Positions 1 through 6,838 of a stretch of 60,814 nt of DNA are shown piece by piece. The notes beneath the pieces are model-generated. The model was not told the DNA's origin and did not search any database. It worked only from the letters and a program-made list of their open reading frames with translations. A program made the translations under genes and the position numbers. Positions within the stretch are counted from its first letter, which is position 1; each line of letters opens with the position of its first letter. The DNA comes from a virus (Duplodnaviria > Heunggongvirae > Uroviricota > Caudoviricetes). The stretch lies in IMG/VR virus record IMGVR_UViG_3300037418_000950; one strand, written 5' to 3'.

Positions 1-415
1 TGGAGATAACCGTTATGACCGTCTTACGTTTTTGATCCTCGGTCTCGGGAAATGCCTTATCGCCTTGCAGCGTTTCAATATCGATGTTACCGACATTGAT
101 GTGTTCAATTTTGTAATCAAAGTTTTGGAAGTTTTCGGCAATGTAGGAATACTCATACTTGTCGAATCCATAGATTGAGTAATCCTGGATCGACTCATAG
201 GTCTCCATGAATTGCTTGGCATCCCACATGGAATCGCAAGGCACTTCTTGGACGAACTGATTTTTGAGGTTCTTGAATTTGCCTTCGTTGGTGGGGGAAG
301 GCACATAAAGGGTTGGTTTATACCAGACTACCTTAAGATCGCGTTTACCCAACGCGTCCTTACCTCGCACATAGAGCTTATTGCCCTTGCGCGAGACGTT
401 CGTGTAATATTGCAT
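1..415 (-). CDS. 43: DNA polymerase gp43, N-terminal part (runs off window edge; missed by ORF track)
   Basis: Hand translation from ATG at 415: MQYYTNVSRKGNKLYVRG...YKPTLYVPS...IYGFDKYEYSYI...NIDIET (ExoI motif); open to position 1; expected T4-like position after regA/hsp20. Confidence 0.92.
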   Translation of the reverse strand, partial: MQYYTNVSRKGNKLYVRGKDALGKRDLKVVWYKPTLYVPSPTNEGKFKNLKNQFVQEVPCDSMWDAKQFMETYESIQDYSIYGFDKYEYSYIAENFQNFDYKIEHINVGNIDIETLQGDKAFPETEDQKRKTVITVIS

Positions 416-428
416 TGATTTCCGATTT

Positions 429-457
429 AATAGAAGGGTGTATTATACCCTACTATT
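429..457. repeat. Imperfect inverted repeat (11-bp arms, 7-nt spacer) over the gp43 -10 box
   Basis: aatagaagggt-gtattat-accctactatt. Confidence 0.7.
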
Positions 458-470
458 GAGAAAAAGGCAA
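442..470 (-). promoter_or_regulatory. Sigma70-type promoter for gp43
   Basis: Minus strand TTGCCT-17 nt-TATAAT. Confidence 0.7.
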
Positions 471-473
471 GCA

Positions 474-500
474 AAAAGGGCGACCGTTAAGCCGCCCTTT
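474..500 (-). terminator. Rho-independent terminator after hsp20 fusion gene
   Basis: Minus strand AAAGGGCGGC-TTAACG-GTCGCCCTTT-TT. Confidence 0.85.
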
Positions 501-506
501 CCGTAG

Positions 507-3005
507 TTATTGAAGGTCTGAGGATGTGTTACTGACCAGCGCTTCGGGAGCTTGTTGCTCAACGGGGGCTGGAGTTTCATCCGCAGGTGTTGTAGCCGTT
601 TCCGCTTCGGGCGCGGTTGGCGCAGGTGGCGGTACGGCGTTTGCGTCAGCGACTGGTGCTGACACTTCTTGAGGAGACGCAGATGAAACATCTGATGTTG
701 TCGGATCAGTGGGTGCAGGTTGAACTGGCACTGGATTGGGAACAACACTTGCTGTATCCGCGGGAGCATCAGAAGATGCTGGAGCTACAACAGGTGCAGC
801 ATCAGCGGGTGCATCGGGCGTTGTGGTTGCGTCAGGTGTTGCGGGCGTTGCGTCAATCACAACTGGAGTGCTGGTTGTGTCAGGCGCGGGAGCCGTTTGA
901 TCAACTGGTGATCCAACATCCGTAGAGGTCACAACTGGTGTACCAGCGGCGACAACGGCGGTTGAAACATCCTTGCTCACATCCACACCAAGTTCACTCA
1001 AAGCCTTATCAGCTTCGGGGGTCGTCGCAACGACGATATCATGTTCATCGGGTGCCGTGACGACAGGCGTCAGAGTGGCATCCGCGGGAACTTGACCTTG
1101 CGTATCCGAGAGTACAACCTTCTTACCACTTTCGTCTTCGACTACATCAGCCTTGACGACGGTTTGAAGGGTGTCAGGAACCGCAATCGTTACAGGGGCT
1201 GCGGTCGCATCGGCGGTCGGTTGAACGACAACATCAGCGGGTGCGGCATCCTTGGTTTCTTCGGTTGCGGGCGGTGGCGGATCGGGAAGCGTCACACCAG
1301 CGGGCGCAAGTTCAATTGCATCCTTGGCTGATTGTAGAACGTCAATGCCCTTATCCTTCATTTCGGCTTGGTGATCGGCGTCAACCGCGACAACAACGTC
1401 TGCATTGCTGTCAGGCGTCTTGGCGACAGTTGTGACCACATTGTCCGAAACGATTTCGTGGGTTGAGTCCGACAGGGTGACCGTTGCTTGAGGTTCGGCC
1501 GATTGTTGATCAACAACGGGCTTCACGTCCGTGACTTCGGCGGTCACGACTTGCGGAAGCTCTTTGGGAATTTCGACAGTGGTTGTGGCCACGACCGAGT
1601 TTTGATCGTTGGTGACGACAGGCACCGTATCAGAGACAGGCGTGCTTGTCACGTCGGGAGCCGCAGCCTGGACCGCTTGCGAAATGGCCGTTGACGGGTC
1701 AACACCAGCGTTTACGAGGGTATCGTGAACTTCGGGCGGGACCGCAGCAACCACGTCGTTTTGGCCAGCCTGTGTAACCACAGGAACCAGAACGCTATCG
1801 GCGGGGATATTGGTGCCGTCCGATGGCGTCAGGGCCACGGCAGGAACCGTGCCTGAATTGTCGGCTTGCACCGCAGTCGTCACGTTGACGACAGGGGTTA
1901 GGGTGTCAGGAACTTGGACTTCGACCTTGGGGGCGTCCACATTGTTGTCTGCCACAGGAACAGGCGTAGTGTCTGTTACGACAGGGGCAGGCTCAACGGG
2001 GGCCACCGAAACGTCGGGATGATCGAGTGCAGCACTGACAGAAGCGGGAATATCAATTCCAGCGGCATTAGCGGCTGCCACTGTATCAGGTGACATTGCC
2101 ACCACCACATCAGGCTTGCCTTCATCGGTTTTTACAGTCGTTAGAGTTGCGTTATCCGATACTTCGTGAGTCGCGTCCTGCAACGTCACGGTTGCCTGGG
2201 GTTGGTCAGATGAATTGCTGACGCTTGGAACCACGTCAGAGACTGTAGCTTCGACAATCGGCGGGACGACAACAGGTGTGTCCACCGTGACCGTAGGTGC
2301 CTTGGCCGTATCGTCATTGACAACAACTTGCGTTGTTTCAGGGGCGGTTTCGACGGGGGCAGGTGCGGGAGTATCAGCTACAGGAGTATCAACAGGCGCG
2401 GGTGCTGGAGGGGTCACCACCGCGGCCTGTTGATCTTCGACCGTTGGGAGTTCCAACGGCACAGCCACTTCACTGTTCGGGTCGGAACCCGTAGGAATCA
2501 TGACAGGCGAACCTGCCGAGTTATATTCCACAGTGTAAGGTACATCGGACTTTGGCAATGGTCCGATAGGAAGCGTTGTTAATTCCCTCGGAGAATTGGT
2601 ATCTGTGAAGACGACACTGAGAATGCCATCATCAAGATTTGCTTCCTTGAAGGCGAGGTTACGAGCAACCAAGAACTTGGCCGAGACCTTACCACCAGCA
2701 AGAATACCTTGATGGAAATAAACGTCGTCGGATGCGCTGGTTGAATCGAAGCCAACATTAGTCGTCGCTTCGATTGTTAGGTGTTTGGGATCAAGGGTTG
2801 CCTTGATATCCTTGCGATCTACCCCTGTAAGGTCAAGCTCAAGAGTATAACCACCGTCTGAGGTTTTCTTGATATTGTAGGGCGGGATCGCGGTTACGTC
2901 TTCGACAGATGTAGCATCATCTACACTGTCAATTAAATCCAGAACTGGATCAAAGCCAATGCCGAGCTTACCGACATATGACTTATATCCTTTACTTTTA
3001 GCCAT
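507..3005 (-). CDS. Hsp20/IbpA-like small heat-shock domain fused to ~700-aa acidic Pro/Val/Ala/Thr/Asp-rich repeat region
   Basis: N-terminal IGFD...PPYNIKK...YTLELDLTGVDRKDI...YFHQGI...ANLDDGILSVVF (alpha-crystallin pattern); four internal ~90-aa repeats. Confidence 0.8.
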   Translation of the reverse strand: MAKSKGYKSYVGKLGIGFDPVLDLIDSVDDATSVEDVTAIPPYNIKKTSDGGYTLELDLTGVDRKDIKATLDPKHLTIEATTNVGFDSTSASDDVYFHQGILAGGKVSAKFLVARNLAFKEANLDDGILSVVFTDTNSPRELTTLPIGPLPKSDVPYTVEYNSAGSPVMIPTGSDPNSEVAVPLELPTVEDQQAAVVTPPAPAPVDTPVADTPAPAPVETAPETTQVVVNDDTAKAPTVTVDTPVVVPPIVEATVSDVVPSVSNSSDQPQATVTLQDATHEVSDNATLTTVKTDEGKPDVVVAMSPDTVAAANAAGIDIPASVSAALDHPDVSVAPVEPAPVVTDTTPVPVADNNVDAPKVEVQVPDTLTPVVNVTTAVQADNSGTVPAVALTPSDGTNIPADSVLVPVVTQAGQNDVVAAVPPEVHDTLVNAGVDPSTAISQAVQAAAPDVTSTPVSDTVPVVTNDQNSVVATTTVEIPKELPQVVTAEVTDVKPVVDQQSAEPQATVTLSDSTHEIVSDNVVTTVAKTPDSNADVVVAVDADHQAEMKDKGIDVLQSAKDAIELAPAGVTLPDPPPPATEETKDAAPADVVVQPTADATAAPVTIAVPDTLQTVVKADVVEDESGKKVVLSDTQGQVPADATLTPVVTAPDEHDIVVATTPEADKALSELGVDVSKDVSTAVVAAGTPVVTSTDVGSPVDQTAPAPDTTSTPVVIDATPATPDATTTPDAPADAAPVVAPASSDAPADTASVVPNPVPVQPAPTDPTTSDVSSASPQEVSAPVADANAVPPPAPTAPEAETATTPADETPAPVEQQAPEALVSNTSSDLQ

Positions 3006-3037
3006 TTTTTCTCCGAGGAAATTTTGAGGGTTGGGAA

Positions 3038-3529
3038 TTACCCTCTATTTATAGAATTGATGTGCTCACCATTTACCCAATCGGCAAACTTCTCATACGA
3101 GAACATGGTCACCACTCGATAGGCATTTGGTCTGTATTCTTGGGTGTTTTCGAGAATGACAGGAAGCGGAAAGCGTTCCGTCTTGCCATACTGGTAAATC
3201 ATGCGACCAACTTGTGTCCAAAGTCGGGCGACTTCGGTTGCCGAGAGCTTGCCATGCTCCACTGAATCAAATCTCTTACCACGCAAAAATGCATAAGCGA
3301 TCTGCGTTTCACGGGCGGCGTTGCGAACGACCGTCTTGCGATGATTCCTGAGTTCAATGAGCTTCCAAGACGCGTAATCATACGCATCTTCCAAGCCTTG
3401 CTTGTGTTTGGTGGCAACCTTGCGTTCGGTTGCTATAGACTCCTCGCGACGGATGATCTTGGCTTCGCCAGCGAGTTCTTTGATTCTTACTTTAAGAAAT
3501 GTACGTGACATGTTTTGAATATTCTCCAT
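3038..3529 (-). CDS. Hypothetical protein
   Basis: 163-aa ORF with GGAG SD upstream. Confidence 0.7.
   Translation of the reverse strand: MENIQNMSRTFLKVRIKELAGEAKIIRREESIATERKVATKHKQGLEDAYDYASWKLIELRNHRKTVVRNAARETQIAYAFLRGKRFDSVEHGKLSATEVARLWTQVGRMIYQYGKTERFPLPVILENTQEYRPNAYRVVTMFSYEKFADWVNGEHINSINRG
3046..3053 (-). promoter_or_regulatory. T4-type late promoter TATAAATA upstream of hsp20 fusion
   Basis: Exact gp55 consensus on minus strand ~40 nt before ATG 3005. Confidence 0.7.
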
Positions 3530-3617
3530 GATTGAAATTAGGGTTTATATGAATTGACCTAATTTCGGGAGGGCCCCTAATATTCTATGAAAATTTATTC
3601 TACCACTTGATTTCCAT

Positions 3618-3869
3618 TTATTCCTTATCCTTTGTGTGTGGGGGACCAAGCGAAAGGTCCCATCCGTAATATGCGAAACCTGAAAGAGGGATTGACACAA
3701 GCAACATTACAGGCCCTGCGGCCAATCCTAAAACACATGCTATTCCTAAATTCTGGCGACGTTCCAGCGGTGAATCCAAAATAGGAAATTTATTCTTGAA
3801 ATAGGCATTCATAAAGCCTGCCCCGAGCAAGCCGCAACTAAACCAGAATAAGAAAAAACCTATCGTCAT
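3618..3869 (-). CDS. Small 2-TM membrane protein (likely start 3869; ORF track start 3893)
   Basis: Two hydrophobic segments; ATG directly after stop of upstream ORF. Confidence 0.65.
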   Translation of the reverse strand: MTIGFFLFWFSCGLLGAGFMNAYFKNKFPILDSPLERRQNLGIACVLGLAAGPVMLLVSIPLSGFAYYGWDLSLGPPHTKDKE

Positions 3870-3870
3870 T

Positions 3871-4002
3871 TTATTCGACTTTCTCATTGTCATCCAACCA
3901 TTTTATCAAGATACCCCATCCTGCTAATACCAAGAATAACAAGAAGGGCGAATAGGAAAACAATTGCCAATAGAAGTCGTAATAGACTTTCAATAGTTCC
4001 AT
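3871..4002 (-). CDS. 43-aa single-TM protein (below ORF-track cutoff)
   Basis: Hand translation MELLKVYYDFYWQLFSYSPFLLFLVLAGWGILIKWLDDNEKVE; fills the gap between tRNA and next gene. Confidence 0.55.
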   Translation of the reverse strand: MELLKVYYDFYWQLFSYSPFLLFLVLAGWGILIKWLDDNEKVE

Positions 4003-4017
4003 GATATATCCGAAAAT

Positions 4018-4092
4018 TGGTGTCCCTGGCCAGATTCTAACTGGCAACCGATCCGTTTAGAGTGGATTGCTCTAACATTGAGCTACGGGGAC
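4018..4092 (-). tRNA. tRNA with CUA anticodon (amber suppressor), encoded CCA
   Basis: GTCCCCG-TA-GCTC-AATGTTA-GAGC-A-ATCCA-CT[CTA]AA-CGGAT-CGGTT-GCCAG-TTAGAAT-CTGGC-CAGGGAC-A-CCA; 75-nt cloverleaf, U33, A15:U48, U19-A56. Confidence 0.85.
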
Positions 4093-4259
4093 TTAAGAGG
4101 TTCAATCGATGATCGTTGCGTGCTGTCAATTTTGACATTCGATGCGCCGAACAACCATTTCAAAAAATCGTCTCGGGATATTTGAATTTTGTTTTTATAT
4201 AACCCATCAGATACTTCAATAGTCATATAGACAGGATCAAAAGTAACCTCGATATGCAT
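4083..4259 (-). CDS. 58-aa hypothetical protein whose TAG stop lies inside the suppressor tRNA
   Basis: GAGGGG SD then ATG at 4259 (MHIEVTFDPVY...); stop equals tRNA positions 8-10. Confidence 0.55.
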   Translation of the reverse strand: MHIEVTFDPVYMTIEVSDGLYKNKIQISRDDFLKWLFGASNVKIDSTQRSSIEPLKSP

Positions 4260-4275
4260 TTTCCCCTCGAAACAT

Positions 4276-4384
4276 TGGAGGCCCGTTAGCACCTAATGGG
4301 TTGTTTCGTTGGATTGAAACAGTGATCCATAAGATACCCCACACGTCTATAGCCGCTACAAGGACTTCTTATACGCGACGGGCC
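4276..4384 (-). ncRNA. Putative 109-nt structured RNA with tRNA-like acceptor stem and 3' CCA
   Basis: 5' GGCCCGT pairs perfectly with 3' ACGGGCC followed by T-CCA; internal hairpin TGTTTC-AATCCAAC-GAAACA; within tRNA cluster. Confidence 0.55.
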
Positions 4385-4397
4385 AAGCGCGTAATTC

Positions 4398-4472
4398 TGG
4401 CACAGGAGGGGCAGAGTCGAACTCCCATCAACGGGTTTGGAGGCCGTTGCTTTACCGTTAAGCTACACCTGT
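4398..4472 (-). tRNA. tRNA-Trp (CCA anticodon)
   Basis: ACAGGTG-TA-GCTT-AACGGTA-AAGC-A-ACGGC-CT[CCA]AA-CCCGT-TGAT-GGGAG-TTCGACT-CTGCCC-CTCCTGT-G-CCA; G73; a few mismatches and a T-stem bulge. Confidence 0.85.
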
Positions 4473-4479
4473 ATAAAAC

Positions 4480-4565
4480 TGGTAGCGGAAGCGCGATTTG
4501 AACACGCGTGGATCACCGTATGAGGGTGCGCTGGGGCCTGATTACCTCTCCAGACTATTCCGCGA
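4480..4565 (-). tRNA. Atypical tRNA with CAU anticodon (Met/fMet/Ile2 unresolved), enlarged D region
   Basis: CGCGGAA acceptor with C1 mismatch, CT[CAT]AC loop, GCGTG-TTCAAAT-CGCGC T-arm, ACCA end; 86 nt. Confidence 0.7.
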
Positions 4566-4570
4566 TAAAA

Positions 4571-4629
4571 GGTGATGACAAGGATACTTCGGTGTGGAAG
4601 GAGGTGATGTGAATATCCCCGTCATCACC
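4571..4629 (-). ncRNA. Late-promoter-proximal 18-bp hairpin displaying anti-Shine-Dalgarno sequence in its loop
   Basis: GGTGATGAC/GTCATCACC (9 bp) plus GGGGATATT/AGTATCCTT (9 bp incl. G-U); loop CACATCACCTCCTTCCACACCGA. Confidence 0.55.
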
Positions 4630-4631
4630 AG

Positions 4632-4639
4632 TATTTATA
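4632..4639 (-). promoter_or_regulatory. Late promoter TATAAATA driving the RNA cluster
   Basis: Exact consensus 2 nt upstream of the hairpin. Confidence 0.75.
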
Positions 4640-4656
4640 ATACCAAATTTTTGGCA

Positions 4657-6054
4657 CTATGTCAAGCTACTTCTGACTTTCTTCTGTAGGCTTGAGAACG
4701 AATGTCTGGCATATACGATGCCTGAGTCATAGACGGCATCGAGCCCCGACGTGATACGACCAGCCTTCGATGCCTTTGACTTATCCGTTGACGGATTTTT
4801 CGATACAGGTTCCCATTCATCCACATTATCAAACGAGATAGCATTGCACTTCATGGCGAAGCTCAGAGTATCACGATTGACTTTTTGAAGTAGAGCCCCG
4901 CCCATACCGAACACCACATTCTCAGCCGACCAGCCTTTTGCTGTTACAGCATAGAGGATATCATCTATGGAGAAGTAATTAATCCCATCACCTTGTATAA
5001 CTCGTACAGAAGGGTGCAGGACTTTGTAACCAAGGGAGTTTGTGGTGTAACCGAAATGGTTGCCAAGTGATGCAATAATACGAGGTACGAGGTCAACAGG
5101 GTCGCCAGAATCAGGACGGACAACAATGCGACCGCCTTTGTCCAAAATTTTGTCATGAAGAAAATCCCCTATAATGTTGTCCACGGCATTCATCGTGTCA
5201 TAGCTATCGATGACAACCGCATAGATTTTTCCTTCACCGCCGAACTGATCAATCATATTCGAGTAGGCATCGGACTCGCGAGTCTGACCCCATGAGGTAA
5301 TGGTGGCGTGCTCGGCCGCGGGAATTGAGTATCCCGCAATGTAATCCGTTATGAATGGACCTTCTGTGCGGTTCTTTGCATCAAAATGGAATTCGGGATA
5401 CCACCGATCCGCATCATATAAAGCTTCTATAGTATCGCTACCATTAAAAGAAAGCAAATGAGCCATGCCCCCGAGGCCAGCGGACTCTGCGCTTGATACG
5501 CCTCTATCACCAAAATCGTGTAGAGCAAAATCCAGAACCCCTTTATTAGCTTCGTCAACAGATTCATCCCAATATCTTTTCATCATCTTCTTGATTGAAT
5601 AGGACAGCGTTGCCACCGTCGTCGGGTACCAGATGGCTCTAAGCATCGCCGTTTCGAGGTAGCTTGTTAGCCACGGCACCTGAGGATCAGTGTTGCGGAC
5701 CTGGACCAGAGGCGTACCGATATCGACAACCGAGCCTTCTGGGATGGATTCAATGAGAAGCGGTAAGCGGCCTTCGTGTTCGGCAAAGATATGCCGCCAG
5801 CCTGCCTCATTGAACGGAACGCCATGCAAGCCTGCCACCTTTTTAGCAAGCTCAATATCACGCGGCAGGAATGTGCCATCCATCAAGTATTTCTTGATGA
5901 ACGCCTGCAATCCAAAGAACACTACCTTGTCGGTACGAATTTCCTTGGGATTGGTTTTACGAGCTTCAATGTAGGAAGAAACGTATTTGGTACCTTCTGG
6001 ATATTGAAGGTAATGACTCCATTTGTACGAGTCACTGTGTTTGATAATATTCAT
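4657..6054 (-). CDS. nadV: Nicotinamide phosphoribosyltransferase (NAMPT/NadV)
   Basis: SDSYKWSH, HDFGDRG, SIPAAEH, VVRPDSGDP, IQGDG, FGMGGALLQKVNRD motifs. Confidence 0.93.
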   Translation of the reverse strand: MNIIKHSDSYKWSHYLQYPEGTKYVSSYIEARKTNPKEIRTDKVVFFGLQAFIKKYLMDGTFLPRDIELAKKVAGLHGVPFNEAGWRHIFAEHEGRLPLLIESIPEGSVVDIGTPLVQVRNTDPQVPWLTSYLETAMLRAIWYPTTVATLSYSIKKMMKRYWDESVDEANKGVLDFALHDFGDRGVSSAESAGLGGMAHLLSFNGSDTIEALYDADRWYPEFHFDAKNRTEGPFITDYIAGYSIPAAEHATITSWGQTRESDAYSNMIDQFGGEGKIYAVVIDSYDTMNAVDNIIGDFLHDKILDKGGRIVVRPDSGDPVDLVPRIIASLGNHFGYTTNSLGYKVLHPSVRVIQGDGINYFSIDDILYAVTAKGWSAENVVFGMGGALLQKVNRDTLSFAMKCNAISFDNVDEWEPVSKNPSTDKSKASKAGRITSGLDAVYDSGIVYARHSFSSLQKKVRSSLT

Positions 6055-6107
6055 TTTCGAAAACTCCTTTCGAGAAAATAACCTTTGGTCTATCCATCGG
6101 TTGTTGA

Positions 6108-6114
6108 TATTTAG
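6108..6114 (-). promoter_or_regulatory. Late promoter variant CTAAATA upstream of NAMPT
   Basis: Same heptamer precedes gp13, gp18, gp19, gp22 and gp23. Confidence 0.5.
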
Positions 6115-6380
6115 TCAGGATAACCAGCCGCGCCCGTTGGTTGAAATTTCGCATCACGATATGTAGTCTTATTCGGATCAATATATCGTTTGAAATATAT
6201 CTGTAGATTATGGGCGCGGTCGTCTCTCTGTAATTCGAAGTAACGCTTGAGTGCATCGCTTTCATTTATAAACGCATAAACCCTACGATCATAAGGGTCT
6301 CGAGCGTCGCCTTCATATTCACATTCAACACAAAAGGCTTCGTTAGTCTCAACCGTAGAAGTTATTGTGAATTTATTCAT
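6111..6380 (-). CDS. Hypothetical protein
   Basis: 89-aa ORF, ATGA-coupled to macrodomain gene. Confidence 0.7.
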   Translation of the reverse strand: MNKFTITSTVETNEAFCVECEYEGDARDPYDRRVYAFINESDALKRYFELQRDDRAHNLQIYFKRYIDPNKTTYRDAKFQPTGAAGYPD

Positions 6381-6838
6381 AGTTCGTAGACTTTCACTTT
6401 GACACCATTTCGTATCAGCGTTGCATTGATAATAGCTTCGATAATGGTCCAGTCGCCACCACCGAGACCCGCGCCGATTTTAGGCATAGCCACTTCAGGA
6501 ATGTTATTATTCGAGATAGCTCGAAAGCACCGTTCGACGGCATCATAAGAGACGAAGCGATCACCATTCTTGCCATAGTAGTCCTGAGTGAAACAATTCA
6601 GAATGTGAATATCGCCATCGGTCCATTCGACTATGCGACCAAGTAAAAGCGCGGAATCTTGAGGTGGCCCTAAATTGTGGTGCTTCTCACAATAATTAGA
6701 GTATGCCTTAAAACATTCGGGATAGAGTTCGCGAACCGTCTTGGCGACACCCGATCCCATGACGCCTTGACAGTTGCAACCATGGGCAATGTATTTGCAG
6801 TCAGTGTCGAACAAATCACCCTTGATGTATTCAATCAT
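6377..6838 (-). CDS. Macrodomain (Appr-1-p processing / ADP-ribose hydrolase-like) protein
   Basis: IKGDLF, AHGCNCQGVMGSGVA, MPKIGAGLGGGDW motifs. Confidence 0.9.
   Translation of the reverse strand: MIEYIKGDLFDTDCKYIAHGCNCQGVMGSGVAKTVRELYPECFKAYSNYCEKHHNLGPPQDSALLLGRIVEWTDGDIHILNCFTQDYYGKNGDRFVSYDAVERCFRAISNNNIPEVAMPKIGAGLGGGDWTIIEAIINATLIRNGVKVKVYEL

Noticed and set aside
4276-4384. tmRNA or a split tmRNA piece
   Set aside because: Too short, with no T-arm before the 3' stem, no G3-U70 alanine identity and no tag reading frame recognisable
4598-4608. 16S rRNA fragment
   Set aside because: Only 11 nt match the 16S 3' end; the flanks form a self-contained hairpin unrelated to rRNA
4513-4659. 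Functional NAMPT read-through extension
   Set aside because: Read-through would run about 48 codons across the promoter, hairpin and tRNA with no protein-like signal
4598-4689. Perfect plus-strand SD (AAGGAGGTGAT) followed by a GTG-started 26-codon ORF
   Set aside because: It runs antisense to the late RNA cassette and the NAMPT end, with no plus-strand promoter seen; better explained as the complement of the anti-SD loop, though Ribo-seq would be needed to exclude it
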